Shown: in pieces, positions 25,525 to 37,643 of the stretch | Layout of the letters: each line of letters begins with the position of its first letter | How positions within the stretch are numbered: position 1 is the stretch's first letter | Assembly (NCBI RefSeq): GCF_004010195.1 | Contig: NC_057719.1 | Coordinates: 70,668,692 to 70,732,691 of the forward strand | Direction: 5' to 3' | DNA: 64,000 nt | Source: Chiloscyllium plagiosum | Taxonomy: Eukaryota | Position numbers and translations under genes: made by a program | Notes under the pieces: model-generated | What the model was told of the DNA's origin: nothing | Database searches by the model: none | What the model saw: only the letters and a program-made list of their open reading frames with translations

Positions 25525-27110
25525 CACCATAAGAACATCTGAACAACCATATGTACGAGCACCAGGAATAGTGCCTCAGCCTTGTTCTGCTATTCAATAA
25601 GCTCATGATTGATCAAATTACTCCACACTTCTGCCGACACCCAAAAACTTTTCACTTCTATGCCGATCAAGAATCTGTCCACTCTGCCTTAAAAAAATTT
25701 AAGGATTCAGCTTCCATCCTCTTTTAAGGATGAGAGCTTCAAAATCTCTTACTGAGAGAAAATGTTTCTCCTCATCTCTGTTTTTAAGAGATTTAACAGT
25801 GACATTTATTTTCAAACAGTGACCCTTAGTATACAATCTCCTACAAGAGGAATCATCATTTCTTTTCATATCCTGTCAAGACATCTCAGCATCTTAATAA
25901 TTCAGTCAAGTTGCCTTTCACATTTCTAACCCCGAGCAGCTACAAGTTTACCCTGTCCAACCTCCAACCTCCAGTTTTTGGATAGAAAACTGGCTAACCG
26001 GTCGAAGGCAGAGAGTGGTGGTAGATGGTAAATATTCAGCCTGGAGCCCAGTTACAAGTGGAGTTCCGCAGGGATCAGTTCTGGGTCCTCTGCTGTTCGT
26101 AATTTTTATTAATGACTTGGATGAGGGAGTCGAAGGGTGGGTCAGTAAATTTGCAGATGATACGAAGATAGGTGGAGTTGTGGACAGTGAGGAGGGCTGT
26201 TGTCGGCTGCAGAGGGACTTAGATATGATGCAGAGCTGGGCTGAGGAGTGGCAGATGGAGTTCAACCCTGCCAAGTATGAGGTTGTCCATTTTGGAAGAA
26301 CAAATAAGAATGCGGAATACAGGGTTAATGGTAGGGCTCTTAGTCAGGTGGAGGAACAGAGGGATCTTGGGGTCTATGTACATAGATCTTTGAAGGTTGC
26401 CACTCAGGTGAATAGAGTTTGTAAGAAGGCCTATGGAGTATTATCATTCATTAGCAGAGGGATTGAATTCAAGAGCCGTGAAGTGATGTTGCAGCTGTAC
26501 AGGACTTTGGTTAGGCCACAGTTGGAGTACTGTGTGCAGTTCTGGTCGCCTCACTTTAGGAAAGATGTGGAAGCTTTGGAGAGGGTGCAAAGGAGATTTA
26601 CCAGGATGTTGCCTGAATGGAGAATAGGTCGTATGAGGATAGGTTGAGAGTGCTAGGCCTTTTCCGATTGGAATGGCGAAGGATGAGGGGTGACTTGATA
26701 GAGGTTTATAAGATGATCAGAGGAATAGATAGAGTAGACAGTCAGAAACTTTTTCCCCGGGTACAACAGAGTGTTACAAGGGGACATAAATTTAAGGTGA
26801 AGGGTGGAAGGTATAGGGGAGATGTCAGGGGTGGGTTCTTTACCCAGAGAGTGGTGGGGGCATGGAATGCGCTGCCCGTGGGAGTGGTAGAGTCAGAATC
26901 ATTGGCGACCTTTAAGCTTTAAGCGGCATTTGGATAGGTACATGGATGGGTACTTAATCTAGGTTAGAAGTTCACAACATCGTGGGCCGAAGGGCCTGTT
27001 CTGTGCTGTATTGTTCTATGTTCTATGTTCTAACCTTACCTCATTAGAGAATCTGCCTATGGCATTTTTTTCAGAATGGATTCCAATGCATTTACATCAT
27101 TCCTTAAATA
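25525..27110 (-). mobile_element. Old CR1 3' fragment split by a younger CR1
   Basis: 'cataagaaca...aggaatag..cagccttgttctgctattcaataag' CR1 tail; resumes at 27033. Confidence 0.6.
25976..27032 (+). mobile_element. Young 5'-truncated CR1 LINE (RT C-terminal half)
   Basis: 'SGVPQGSVLGPLLFVIFINDLD', 'KFADDTK', 'WNALP'; (ttctatg)n tail; a single frameshift near 26620. Confidence 0.97.
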
Positions 27111-27139
27111 TGCTTGCCGCTCCAAATGCATTTTGCTTT

Positions 27140-28570
27140 ACCATTTATTTAGGAGATCGCTGACTGGACCAGCATTTATTGTGCATCTGTAATTGCCCTT
27201 GTGAAGGTGATAGTGGGCTGCCTCCTTGAATTTTTACAGTCTATTTGGCGTAGATGAACCCATAATGCTGTTGGGGTCGGAGTTCAAGCAATTTGATCTA
27301 GCAAACATTTATATCCAAGTCAGGCTTGCAAGGAACTTGTAGACCATGACCTTTCCACTTATCCTTCCAGATGGTATTGGTCATGGGTATGGAAGATGCT
27401 ATGAAAGGAATCTTGGGAATTTCTGCAGTGCATTTTGTAGATGGTACACACAGCTGCTACTAAACATTGTTTGTGGGGGGAGTTGTAGTAATGCCAATCA
27501 AGTGACTGCTTTATTCTGGATGGTAACAAACTTCTTGAGTGTTGCTGAAGCTGCACACTCTATTTGGCAAGTCGGAGTATTCCAATACACTCATGACATG
27601 TGCATTGAAAATGCAAGAATTCTAGCTCTGACCTGCCCTGCTTGCTTTAGTATTTATTTGGCTGGTCGGGTTCAGCTTCTGGTCAATAGTAACCAGAATG
27701 TAGACAGAGGGTATATTGATTCCCTACAGTGTGGAAACAGTAGGGTCCAACAAGTCCACACCGACCCTCCGAAGAGTAACCCACCCAGTCCTATTTCCCT
27801 CTGACTATTGCACCTAAGACTATGGGCAATTTAGCATGGCCAATTCACCTGACCTGCACATCTTTGGACTATGGGACAAAACCCACACAGACACGGGGAG
27901 AATGTGCAAACTCCACACAGACAGTCGCCCAAGGCTGGAATCGAACCTGGGACCTTGGTGCTGTGAGGCAGCAGTGCTAACCACTGAACCACTGAGCCCC
28001 ATAGCAGTAATGATAATGCCATTGAATGCTAAGACCAAGGTTATATACAATCTTGTTGGAGATGGTAATTGTCTGGCACTTGTGTAGCACAAATGTTACT
28101 TACCACTTGTAAGCACAAGCTCTGATATTGTCCAGGTCTAGTTGCATTGGACATGGAGTGCTTCAGTATCTGAGAAGTTGCAACAATGCTCAACATTGTG
28201 CAATCATTGAAAATCCTCAATTTTGACCATATAATGAAGGGAAGATCATTGATAAAGCATCTGAAGACGGTTGAGCAAAGGACACTACCTTGAGGAACAC
28301 CTGAAGAGATGTTCTGGAGCTGTGATGACTAATAACTACAACAATCTTCTTTTATTCTATGTATGATTCCAACCAGCAGAGAACTTCCCCTCTGATTCCC
28401 ACTGACTCAAGTTTGCTTAAGCTCCTTGATGCCTCATGCAGTCAAATGCAGCCTGAGTGTCAAGGGCTATCGCACTCATCTCTTCTCGAGAATTCAACTT
28501 TGTTGTCCATGTTTGAAGAATGCTGTATTGAGGTCAGAGGCTAGCTGGGCTTGGCGGAACCCAAAGTGAA
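27140..28570 (-). mobile_element. Decayed CR1/L2-clade LINE 3' portion
   Basis: 'VAAVCTIYKMHCRNS' matches 61144 'CTIYKIHSRNS'; GVPQG-like 'ggtgttcctcaaggtagtgtcc' on minus strand near 28285. Confidence 0.7.
27717..27997 (-). mobile_element. HE1-type SINE
   Basis: A/B boxes (cagtggttagcact / ggttcgattcc) and 3' 'ctgtttccacactgtagggaatc'. Confidence 0.92.
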
Positions 28571-29414
28571 GCATAACCTCCCTACTTTTGTAAACAAATT
28601 CCCTTGCAATAAACAAAACATTTTATTAGCTTTTCTCATTACTCACCGTACCTAACAACTAACCTTTTGCAATTCATGCACGAAGACATTTGAATGCTTC
28701 TGAGTGTCAACCAATGAGACAATAGCTCAAAAAGATCATCATCATTGGGTGGTCCCCGATTACACACATTCTTGATAGTCAACAAACTAAGTCTCTCCAG
28801 AAAAGTAATCTTGCTGGTAATTAATTTTACGTAAAGAGCAAGCATCTCTTCATCCACATGGGTGAGTCAATTTAGAATGACTACTTTGGACATGGTTGTT
28901 TGGCCCATATCGGGCAGCACTCAGACTATACCTTACTTGTGTTTGTTTAATTCAAACATCGACACTAATTATTATAATAGGATGCCCACACCAAAATTGA
29001 GCAACTCATTTTAAAATATCTCCATTAACCATACCGAAAGGAAGGGAGCACCTCACTCAAGGAAGACCCTGTGTATTCCCATTCAAAAGCTGCCTTACCC
29101 TTCCTTCCTTCCAAGCTTCCAACACAACCTGACTTCCCACCTTTCTCTGATTGCCCCTCGCTACGCTCTAGGTTCTCCCCACACACTGAAAACCAGAATT
29201 TACCTTTCCAATGGCAGTCATGATCTATCTCTGCGCTGTGGGCATTATAACTTCCTGCACTTAGTTTCAGTTCATCACCACAAATATATAGTCAATTTTG
29301 GTAAAGCCCACCTTGTTCACAAATGGACTTCAGGGAAGGAAAGGTGGTATGCTTACCTGGCCAACATGGGATTCCAGACCCACAGTAATGCAATCAACTT
29401 GTAAATGTTCAAAT

Positions 29415-29552
29415 AAAAGTGAAATACTGCAGAGCTTAAAATATGAAACAAACACAGAAAATGCTCCAGAAATTCAGTCAGTTTGGCAGCATATGGGGGA
29501 GAGAAATAGTATTAATGTTTCAAGTCCAATATGACCCATCTTCAGAATTGAA
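29415..29552 (-). mobile_element. Decayed PLE family D terminal repeat inside an old SINE
   Basis: Similar to 42505-42630 arm. Confidence 0.5.
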
Positions 29553-29755
29553 ACTTTGAAATGCTCTTCGAAATGGCCCAGCAAGCCATTTGGTTCAAAG
29601 CCAGTTAGAGATGGCCAACAAATGCTAACTTGACAATGATGTCCACATCTCTGAAGAATAAAGAAAACAAACACACCACAGTCCCTCCCACTGACAGTCT
29701 GTCTTAGCAAACTTCCTTAAAATTGACCTTAACTGCAATTGGTGCTTTGGGCTTT

Positions 29756-30079
29756 TTAAATAAAGCGCAGTAAGTGCTCATCTTCCAGCTTCACATCTGC
29801 TGTTTGCTGAGGAATTGCTGAGTTTATTGCCAGGTTGCCATAAAGAGCAAGCATCTCTTCAGCCACATGGGCCATGTGACGTCTGTATAGCACGTATTCA
29901 CAGCCTCCAGCACACACGGGGGACTCCTCTGTGCAGCCTTTTCTACCATTCAAGCCACATAGGAAGCTGCCCACAGCATAATGTGCTTCAGTAAAGCAAC
30001 TCATGGCCTCTGTATTGCTGCTAGTAATTAATTTTACATCCATGGTCAGCTGAATAAATGAAGAATATAGTGCATCCCA
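29756..30079 (-). CDS. Candidate terminal coding exon of an unidentified gene
   Basis: Acceptor ttttgtatcttgcag| followed by 107 open codons (WDALYSSF...EHLLRFI) and TAA in non-repetitive DNA; no recognisable family. Confidence 0.3.
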   Translation of the reverse strand, partial: WDALYSSFIQLTMDVKLITSSNTEAMSCFTEAHYAVGSFLCGLNGRKGCTEESPVCAGGCEYVLYRRHMAHVAEEMLALYGNLAINSAIPQQTADVKLEDEHLLRFI

Positions 30080-30209
30080 CTGCAAGATACAAAATGTTTA
30101 ATTTATATTGCTCAGGTTCAGAATTTTAGTTCATGGATATAGCAACATGAAAAATATCTCTACCTTCATCTCATCAAGTTAATTCTCTTACATGGTTGCT
30201 CTCAGTTCA

Positions 30210-30435
30210 TTCAGATGTAGTGGAGAGATATGAATATGTGTATGTGTGTGTGGCGGTCAGATGTGGTACAGAGATATCAATGAGTGTGTGTGTCAGATGT
30301 AGTATAGAGATATGAATTTATGTGTGCATGTGGGTCAGATGTAGTACAGAGACGTGAATATGTGGTATGTATGTGCAGGTCAGATATAGCATAGAGCTAC
30401 GATATGTGTGTGGGTCAGATGTAATATAGAGATTT

Positions 30436-30476
<41 letters not shown>

Positions 30477-30493
30477 TGTGTGTGTGTGTGTGT
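30210..30493. repeat. Minisatellite (6 units of about 35-47 bp) merging into a (TG)n microsatellite
   Basis: Repeated head tcagatgtagtacagagatat plus variable TG-rich tail; near-pure (TG)n 30438-30492. Confidence 0.9.
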
Positions 30494-31125
30494 AACACTC
30501 CCTGTCTGACAAGCTGGAGACAGAGTAAAGATGCCAAATCAAGATAGATAATGGACAACACTATGCAAATATTTTCTTGTTGTGCATTTTAAAAACACAA
30601 ATCCCAGCAGATTATGTGTTTGGGCATCTTATAGGGCAAAATTCGAAACACTGCATTGCAAAAAATATGATAAACAGCAAAAAAACAAAATGTAGGAGGA
30701 GGAGGCAGCTAGAAAGACAAAATTATACGTGGAAAGTGGGAATAATTCTTTTTACAATATCAAGCATGCAAATGCATATTAAAGTAACACTCAAGCTTCA
30801 GGTTAAGCCTTTGAAGTGAGAAAAACTTTTTCTTTTTTGCTTTCTTATGGTCAACAGTACTGATGTGTGGCAGAAGGAGACCAGATGTTTGGAGAATTAT
30901 TATTGATGCAATTTTCACACACTTCACATTTATAGTAAGATTATCAGTATTTGAGTTAAATTTTTATTCAACCTGAGTTATGCTTTTTATTTCCCCTCTC
31001 TTCCTGCTTCTGTTTTAAAACTGACATTGCACAAATGTATTTCTGATTGAAAAGGAGCAGGAGAGCTGTGTTGAGATCAGCTTCAGTGTCAGAATCAGAA
31101 ATACAAAAGATCTGAATGGCAGCCA

Positions 31126-31140
31126 GTTGCTACGGGAAAC
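31126..31140. promoter_or_regulatory. Candidate RFX X-box
   Basis: GTTGCT-ACG-GGAAAC fits the palindromic RFX motif with 3-nt spacer. Confidence 0.3.
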
Positions 31141-31837
31141 ACTGCTGCATTCTCTTGCTGTTTTCCATTTTTAATGGAAGTTTATGACCATGTACAAACT
31201 GTTCCTCTACAAAAATATTAGCCATTGCAGTCTCCTTTTATTGCTGTAACAGGAATTGCAGAATTATCCATTTTTTAAGAGTAAAATTATGCAATAGAAA
31301 ATCACCAAAGAGAATATCACATACAGGCATTCCAGTTTTCACTCCTGATGTTAGTATCCATATATCCAACTGTAAGTAATCTAATCTAATATGATTTACA
31401 CTTTCTTAATTTTTTTTCTGCACTCAGCTCCCATACAATGCATTCTAACTATTTCTGAGTGACAGCTAATCTCCTGTTTGCCATCAATTTCATAAAATTG
31501 GAGATTTGAGTATCATATGAGCATATAAACTCATAATCTACACTTCAAACTACTTCATATGTTATGAAATTCCTAATGGATATTCCAAAGTGATGACAGA
31601 ACTATATAAAAGCAAGCTATTACTTTTCCTCTCCTTTATATGTATTTGAAAAGCACCCGATAGCATTGTGTCGGTTGAACACCAAAGAAGCAATTTGGCT
31701 AATCCTTCATTATGTCTGTTTGTGGGACTGCAGACAACAGTATGTTACTGCATATTAGTTTGCAAATGTTCGAGAACAATCACAAGTATTTACGTTCTTC
31801 AGTTTTCATTATTTAAATTGGGATTTATTCCATCAAG

Positions 31838-32021
31838 GAGAAAGTGAGGACTGCGAATGCTGGAGATCAGAGCTGAAAATGTGTTGCTGGAAAAGCGCAG
31901 CAGGTCAGGCAGCATCCAAGGAGCAGGAGAATCGATGTTTCAGGCATGAGCCCTTCTTCAGGAAGGGCTCATGCCCGAAATGTCGATTCTCCTGCTCCTT
32001 GGATGCTGCCTGACCTGCTGC
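31838..32021. mobile_element. Fold-back PLE family A insertion
   Basis: Inverted arms; 15-bp TSD atttattc(c/t)atcaag (31823-31837, 32022-32036). Confidence 0.88.
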
Positions 32022-32095
32022 ATTTATTCTATCAAGTAAATTTACTAAAAGATAAAAATTTAGAAGTGATTTAAAGCAGGTATATACATTTTGTT

Positions 32096-32213
32096 GGCAA
32101 AAGTGAGGACTGCAGATACTGGAAACCAGAGTTTAGATTAGAGTGGTGCTGGAAAAGCACAGCAGGTCAGGCAGCATCCAAGGAGCAGGAAAACGACATT
32201 TCGGGCAAAAGCC
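32096..32213 (-). mobile_element. PLE family A terminal-repeat fragment
   Basis: 'aaagtgaggactgcagatactgg...gacatttcgggcaaaagcc'. Confidence 0.8.
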
Positions 32214-32427
32214 ATTACCACGTACCTTATTACATTAGAATTTCTAAGGGCGCAGTAAATATTTTGTGAAGTTAAAAAAGAAATGGAGCTTCCTAAAATC
32301 CTATTTCAATAGATGAGACAGGTAGTCAATTACATTGCCTGAGAATAGCCAAAAGCTTTCTTCCATTTCAGGAAAACTGGCAGAACGATGGCTTGCTGCA
32401 TTCAACTTGGCTGATGGTTCGTCTAAT

Positions 32428-32620
32428 GTAGAAAAGTGTGGCATTGGAAAAACACAGCAGGTCGGGCAGCATCCGAGGAGCAGGAGAATCGACATCTTGG
32501 GCATAAGCCCTTCACCAGGACTGTTGGAGGTGATAAGGAAGAGGAATAAAGGGGCTGAGAGATAAAAAGGAGGGTGGGTGTGAAGGTGGGGCTGGGGGGC
32601 AAGGTAGCTGGGAAGTATTG
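32428..32620 (-). mobile_element. PLE family A terminal-repeat fragment
   Basis: 'gaaaaacacagcaggtcgggcagcatccgaggagcaggagaatcgac...gcccttcaccagga'. Confidence 0.75.
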
Positions 32621-35600
32621 GGAAAACGATACGCTTAGATTACATTACCATCTTGACATTTGGAGAAGAACCTTCCGAGCTGCTGAATGGCCAGACAATG
32701 ATCAGAGATTTGGGAGAACTGCTTGAGATGACCATCAATTTGATGTCAAGAGCAAAAAGTCACATCTTCCAACTAAATGTTGAATAGTGAGACAAGACTC
32801 ACTAGGGGGTAACAGGAGGCTAACACCACATTATTGTCTAACCTCACCTCATTGCTATTCAGTTTCCCATCCTCCTGTCTGTGGGATAGAAACTGGATGC
32901 CTACACTTCCTGACATGAAAGTCAGAGTGGGTACCTGGCAACTCCAGCTCACAGCTTGTTACTCTAATCGTCCATCAGTCACCAACATCTATGGCACACT
33001 CTAAAGGCAGGGGCCATATGCACTCCCTTGTTCAGCAAGTCTACATCAGCAGAGTAGGGTATCAATTTCCCTCTGCCCAATATGTCTGGGGCAATTGATA
33101 GGAACTATGAAGTTGTGCACTGTCAGCACTTGACTGAGTGCACAACTGAGCTTGAAAAATGGTGCCAGGGCCTGCAGTCTCAGGAGATCCTGGCATTGAC
33201 TAGTACTGCCATCTGCAGTGAGTGTGATACAATAAGTAGGGTGTGGTGAATAGCTAATGAGGCAAGGTGGGAGGATCAAAAAACAAGGCTTGCTAGGGCT
33301 TGTGAGAACATTCCATGAAACTTGCCAAAACTGGCATTTTACCAGTTTCCTGTCAGATTTAGCCCACTGTGTCTGCTATCCCTCAGGTACACAACATTGC
33401 TTCACTAACAGAAAGATCAAATTTGAGCAATAGCCATTAGTCGGTTTTTATAGCAAACATCACTTGTGAAATTAGTCTACCACCAGCTGAGAATAAAATC
33501 ACATCTATTCTATATCATTAAAATTTACATACATAATTGTTTTCCAAATGATTACAATACTGCCATTTCTCAATTTGTAGCTGTTGTTGTTTTAATTGTC
33601 CTGCAATTGGTTTTCCTAAATAAACTTGCATTGAATGATTTGTCTTATTACTGAACATGCTGTATGGATGTATAAAGATTTGAGTATAGGTAATATGTTG
33701 GCTTTGTTGAGGTTGCAATGTAGTTTCATGGGAATGATAATGGGCCCTAAAAGAGTTACATCATGAAGACATGTTGCATAATCTATCCTTCAAGCACTCA
33801 TGAAATGCAACATTTAGTGCATGATTTTATTCTCCTAACCCATTGGCATTAAGGTCAATTGCTGTGGTATTATTATTATCCCTGTTGAAGTTAGTTCATG
33901 GAACAGTGGTAAAAAGTAACAAGCAAGCTATTTACTCGATAACTCACTAAACCGACAGTGTACTGTGCTTTCTATTATCAAATAGTAGATTTCTCTCCCA
34001 ATGATACTAAACCTATAGGATAACTGCACAAATTTTAACTGGTTATCTATCGATCTGTTCAGACAGCAACTTTGCAGAACCAGAGGGATCTACTCCACTT
34101 TGTATCTACTTTTGTGCAGAACTCCCATGGCTTGAGGAATGTGTTTATATTAGAAGCAGAGTGACAGCAGTAATTCATCATCCACTTTAGGAGAAAGGCA
34201 GGGTTTCTTTCAAACTTACTACACAGTGCAAAAGATTGTACATAATCAAAGTCTTCTTCAAGGCTTCTTAGAAGATTGCAATTATAACTGAGTTTGGGTT
34301 GGTCAATTAAATAAATGTCTTAATCATTTCACAAGGAAAGTTGAAAAGTTAAATCTAACTCTACTAAAGTCTCTCATTTCATATTAGACAATAAAACCAA
34401 AATAAATTTGAAAAGTACAAGAAGTTCATCAGTAGTTTCAGTATAGACAGTTCTTTCTATTTTGAAATAAAAATGGAGATATATTATAATGTGCAAGGGC
34501 AAGAAAATTAAGGAACAGCATCCAGTGTTATTTTGGAGTGCATCTAGTTTGAATGCAGATTAAGTATTGTTTTGCCGAGGTTGAGATACAGCTTATTCAG
34601 GAAAATCTGTGCAGATATGTGTATACACCACAGCCATATTTCTCTACATGTGGCTAATGGAACTGTGTGCTATTAATATGATACTTTATATGGCAGGAAA
34701 TCACTTCAACTTGAAATGAGAAAAAAAAGGTGGATATTGGGTGGCAGAGGAATGTAGTAACCAAAGGAACCACAAGTTGATAGGAATTGGGTTGAATTCA
34801 GGTTGCAAGCTATAGTTTATATTGGGATTGTATTCACATGCATCTGACTCAGCACCAGACCTAGCCCTAAGATGAATCTCATTAATGTCAGTTCTTTATT
34901 TAATTCAGACAGTTTGTAGTGGTACATAGAGATCTGATTTCAGGATAAACTCAGTTTCCATTTATCACTATGACATATTTTATATTAATTCTACAGAACT
35001 TCCATCTGTGCTACTCACGTAAATAGAATTTCTTGCCGATTGGGCAGCTGTGGTATGAGTCATCAGCTCTCTCTCTGCTTTGTGATTATCTGGCCTCACA
35101 CAAAAGGGCACTTTACACAGCGTGTGCTTCGTTTACTTACTCCTTATGAACCATCTCATCTGGAGTGTTTACGTAGCAACTCTTCCCACAGCTCCAGCCT
35201 CGGGTCATTCATTGAAATCTCTGGCAAAAGTAAAACATGGATACTCCGTATAAGGCCAAAGGTGTTGATTTTAGCTCTGTTCATCAGCAGCCCAGAATTT
35301 AGGAAATTAGTGATGGAGAGCATTCTCAACACACTCCCAGCAGCTACCATCTAAACTCACAATGTAGTCCAAGCTCATTGTTTACCAGTGGAAGGTAGAG
35401 GCCTCATGAATACATCTCAATCATTCTCCGAGACAATAATTAAGATCTGACCACCACTTTTACTCAGCATTGGACCTGTCAGTAAAACCGAGTGGACTAA
35501 TCTCCAGGGCCATTGAAACGATATTTGAAGGGCTGGGTAATTTCAGGTAACTGCTTCACAGTTATTGAGATTATGAGGTAAAGTTCCAGCTTCCAGATTG

Positions 35601-35856
35601 CTTTTTTTGCTTTGCTTGTCTTTAGTAAACATTATCATGGATGTTGTCATCCCCAGTTTCATTTGAATGGAAGATAGTAGTGAAATAGCCGTAGAAACTG
35701 GCAGCTGGATGCATGAGAAAATAGCAGGTTAAGGGACTACTCATAAGAGGCCTTACCCAGCACATAAACCAAGGCCAAATTCACAACTATTCAAGGAGCA
35801 GTGCTTTGGGAAGGTACATTTCTTGAGCAAGCTGTTGCAAAACTCTGCTGTATTTC

Positions 35857-36024
35857 ATAGAATCATAGAAACATAGAATTCCTACAGTGTGGAAACAGGA
35901 CATTGGCCCACACCAACCCTCCAAAGAGTAACCCACCCTACCCTATCATTCTACATTTACCCCTAACCTACACATCCATGAACACTATGGGCTATTAAGC
36001 ATGGCCAATTCACTTAAACTGCAC
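35857..36024 (-). mobile_element. HE1-type SINE 3' half
   Basis: (catagaat)n tail plus 'cctacagtgtggaaacagg' and body. Confidence 0.85.
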
Positions 36025-36477
36025 ATAGAGTCAGAGAGATGGACAACACGGGAACAGACCCTTCGGTCCAACCCCTCCATGCCGACCAGATATCCCAACC
36101 CAATCTAGCCCCACCTGCCAGCATCTGGCCCATATCCCTCCAAACCCTTCCTATTCATATACCCATCCAGATGCCTTTTAAATGTTGCAATTGTACGAGC
36201 CTCCACCACTTCCTCTGACAGCTCATTTCACACACGCACCACCCTTTGCGTGAAAAAATCACCCCTTAGGTCTGTTTTATATCTTTCCCTTCTCACCCTA
36301 AACCTATGTCCTCTAGTTCTGGACTCCCCCACCCCAGGGAAAAGACTTAGTCTATTTATCCTATCCATGCCCCTCATGATTTTATAAACCTCTAAAAGGT
36401 CACCCCTCATCTTCCAACACTCCAGGAAAAGCAGCCCCAGCCTTTCCCTATAGCTCAAACCCTCCAACTCTGGCAAA
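36025..36477 (-). mobile_element. CR1 LINE 3' end
   Basis: 'RGDLLEVYKIMRGMDRINR..FFTQRVV'. Confidence 0.92.
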
Positions 36478-36499
36478 CCAGTATTTCTTAATGCTACCA

Positions 36500-36880
36500 C
36501 TTACTGGCTGAACTAATTTCTTGCCATGACTCCTTTTATGCTGCAAGGGATATGGTTCATATCTCTATCTGTTGGAGTAAGCATTAAGCCAATCACTGAC
36601 ACCCTGCTCGTGAGGACTGACCAGTGCTTCACCTTCTCCATTGATACCACCAATCAAGAAGAGAGAGAGCTCAGTATTTATAGCATTTGCTAAAGTCTCT
36701 CACATCCAAGATGCCATTGATTAAACACATCTTGTCATCAGGGACCCCAGATCATTAATCAGCAATCACCAGCTCATTGATCAACAGAAGAAGTGATCAC
36801 ATAATTTAAGTCCAGACCATCTCCAACTGTAGAAATTGGATTGTGCCAAATTGTGCAGGTTACCAAGGCAACTGACACAA
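36500..36880 (+). mobile_element. PIF/Harbinger transposase relic
   Basis: Frameshifted 'DSFYAARD', 'IKPITDTL', 'IQDAID*THLVIRDP', 'INRRSDHII*VQ' correspond to the GAIDCTHV and NRKG.HS.NVQ motifs. Confidence 0.7.
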
Positions 36881-37643
36881 TGGGCTGACCTTTTGCCATT
36901 TTATGGCCAAGTGAGATTCCATGGCCCATGTTGGCTTTCCTCAAACAATCTTCCCCTCACTACTAATTCAACTGGCCTCTTGAGTGTCCATCACGTTGAA
37001 TCATGTAGCATGTGAGATGGAATGCGAGGACTTAATGATGCTCATGCCACTGGTTAAACCCCGGCTACACAGCACATCAGATACTGCAACCCAGGAAATG
37101 CCTGTTCCAGCAATATCCCAAAGGAATTGGGCCAGAAAGGGAAGTTAGCTCCCCATTTTGCTGATCAGGACCTGAAGTGCTGCTGGGTGGAATGATGGAG
37201 AGGAGAACTGCCCTATTTCCTGCTGAAAAAGGAAAAGAGGCCACATCAGACCCAGCCAGCATGGATCGAGAAAGAGGGCCAGGTCAGTGCAGTACCCCAG
37301 GTGAAACAAAATATAAACAGCCATAAGGTGCATCCCGTGTTGATATTTGAGACATGAGTGCTGTTACAGCAAAAGTAACTGGACAAGACAATGCAAGTAT
37401 CTCTGTGCTTCAATGTAAAGTCCTGAAGAGCTGAAATAGGGTGTGAGTTGGTCTAAATGTGGCCATGATCAGTGGTGTGGCTGGTGGTTGCCAATATCTG
37501 TTTCTGTGGATCAAGTGTAGAGAGGGATGGTGTTCATGAAGCATGCAGGACATTGTGGTGAAGACTGAGTTGACTGAATGCCCAGAGAAACAAACTGCGA
37601 GCTGCTGCCACCATCTGCACTGACTTTGATGTTGGGAATTAGT

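Noticed and set aside
30210..30440. CRISPR-like repeat-spacer array
   Set aside because: Spacers are low-complexity TG variants of one another, repeats are degenerate, there are no cas genes and the context is vertebrate
35040..35354. Overlapping ORFs on both strands in unique DNA
   Set aside because: No convincing splice sites or homology recognisable by eye
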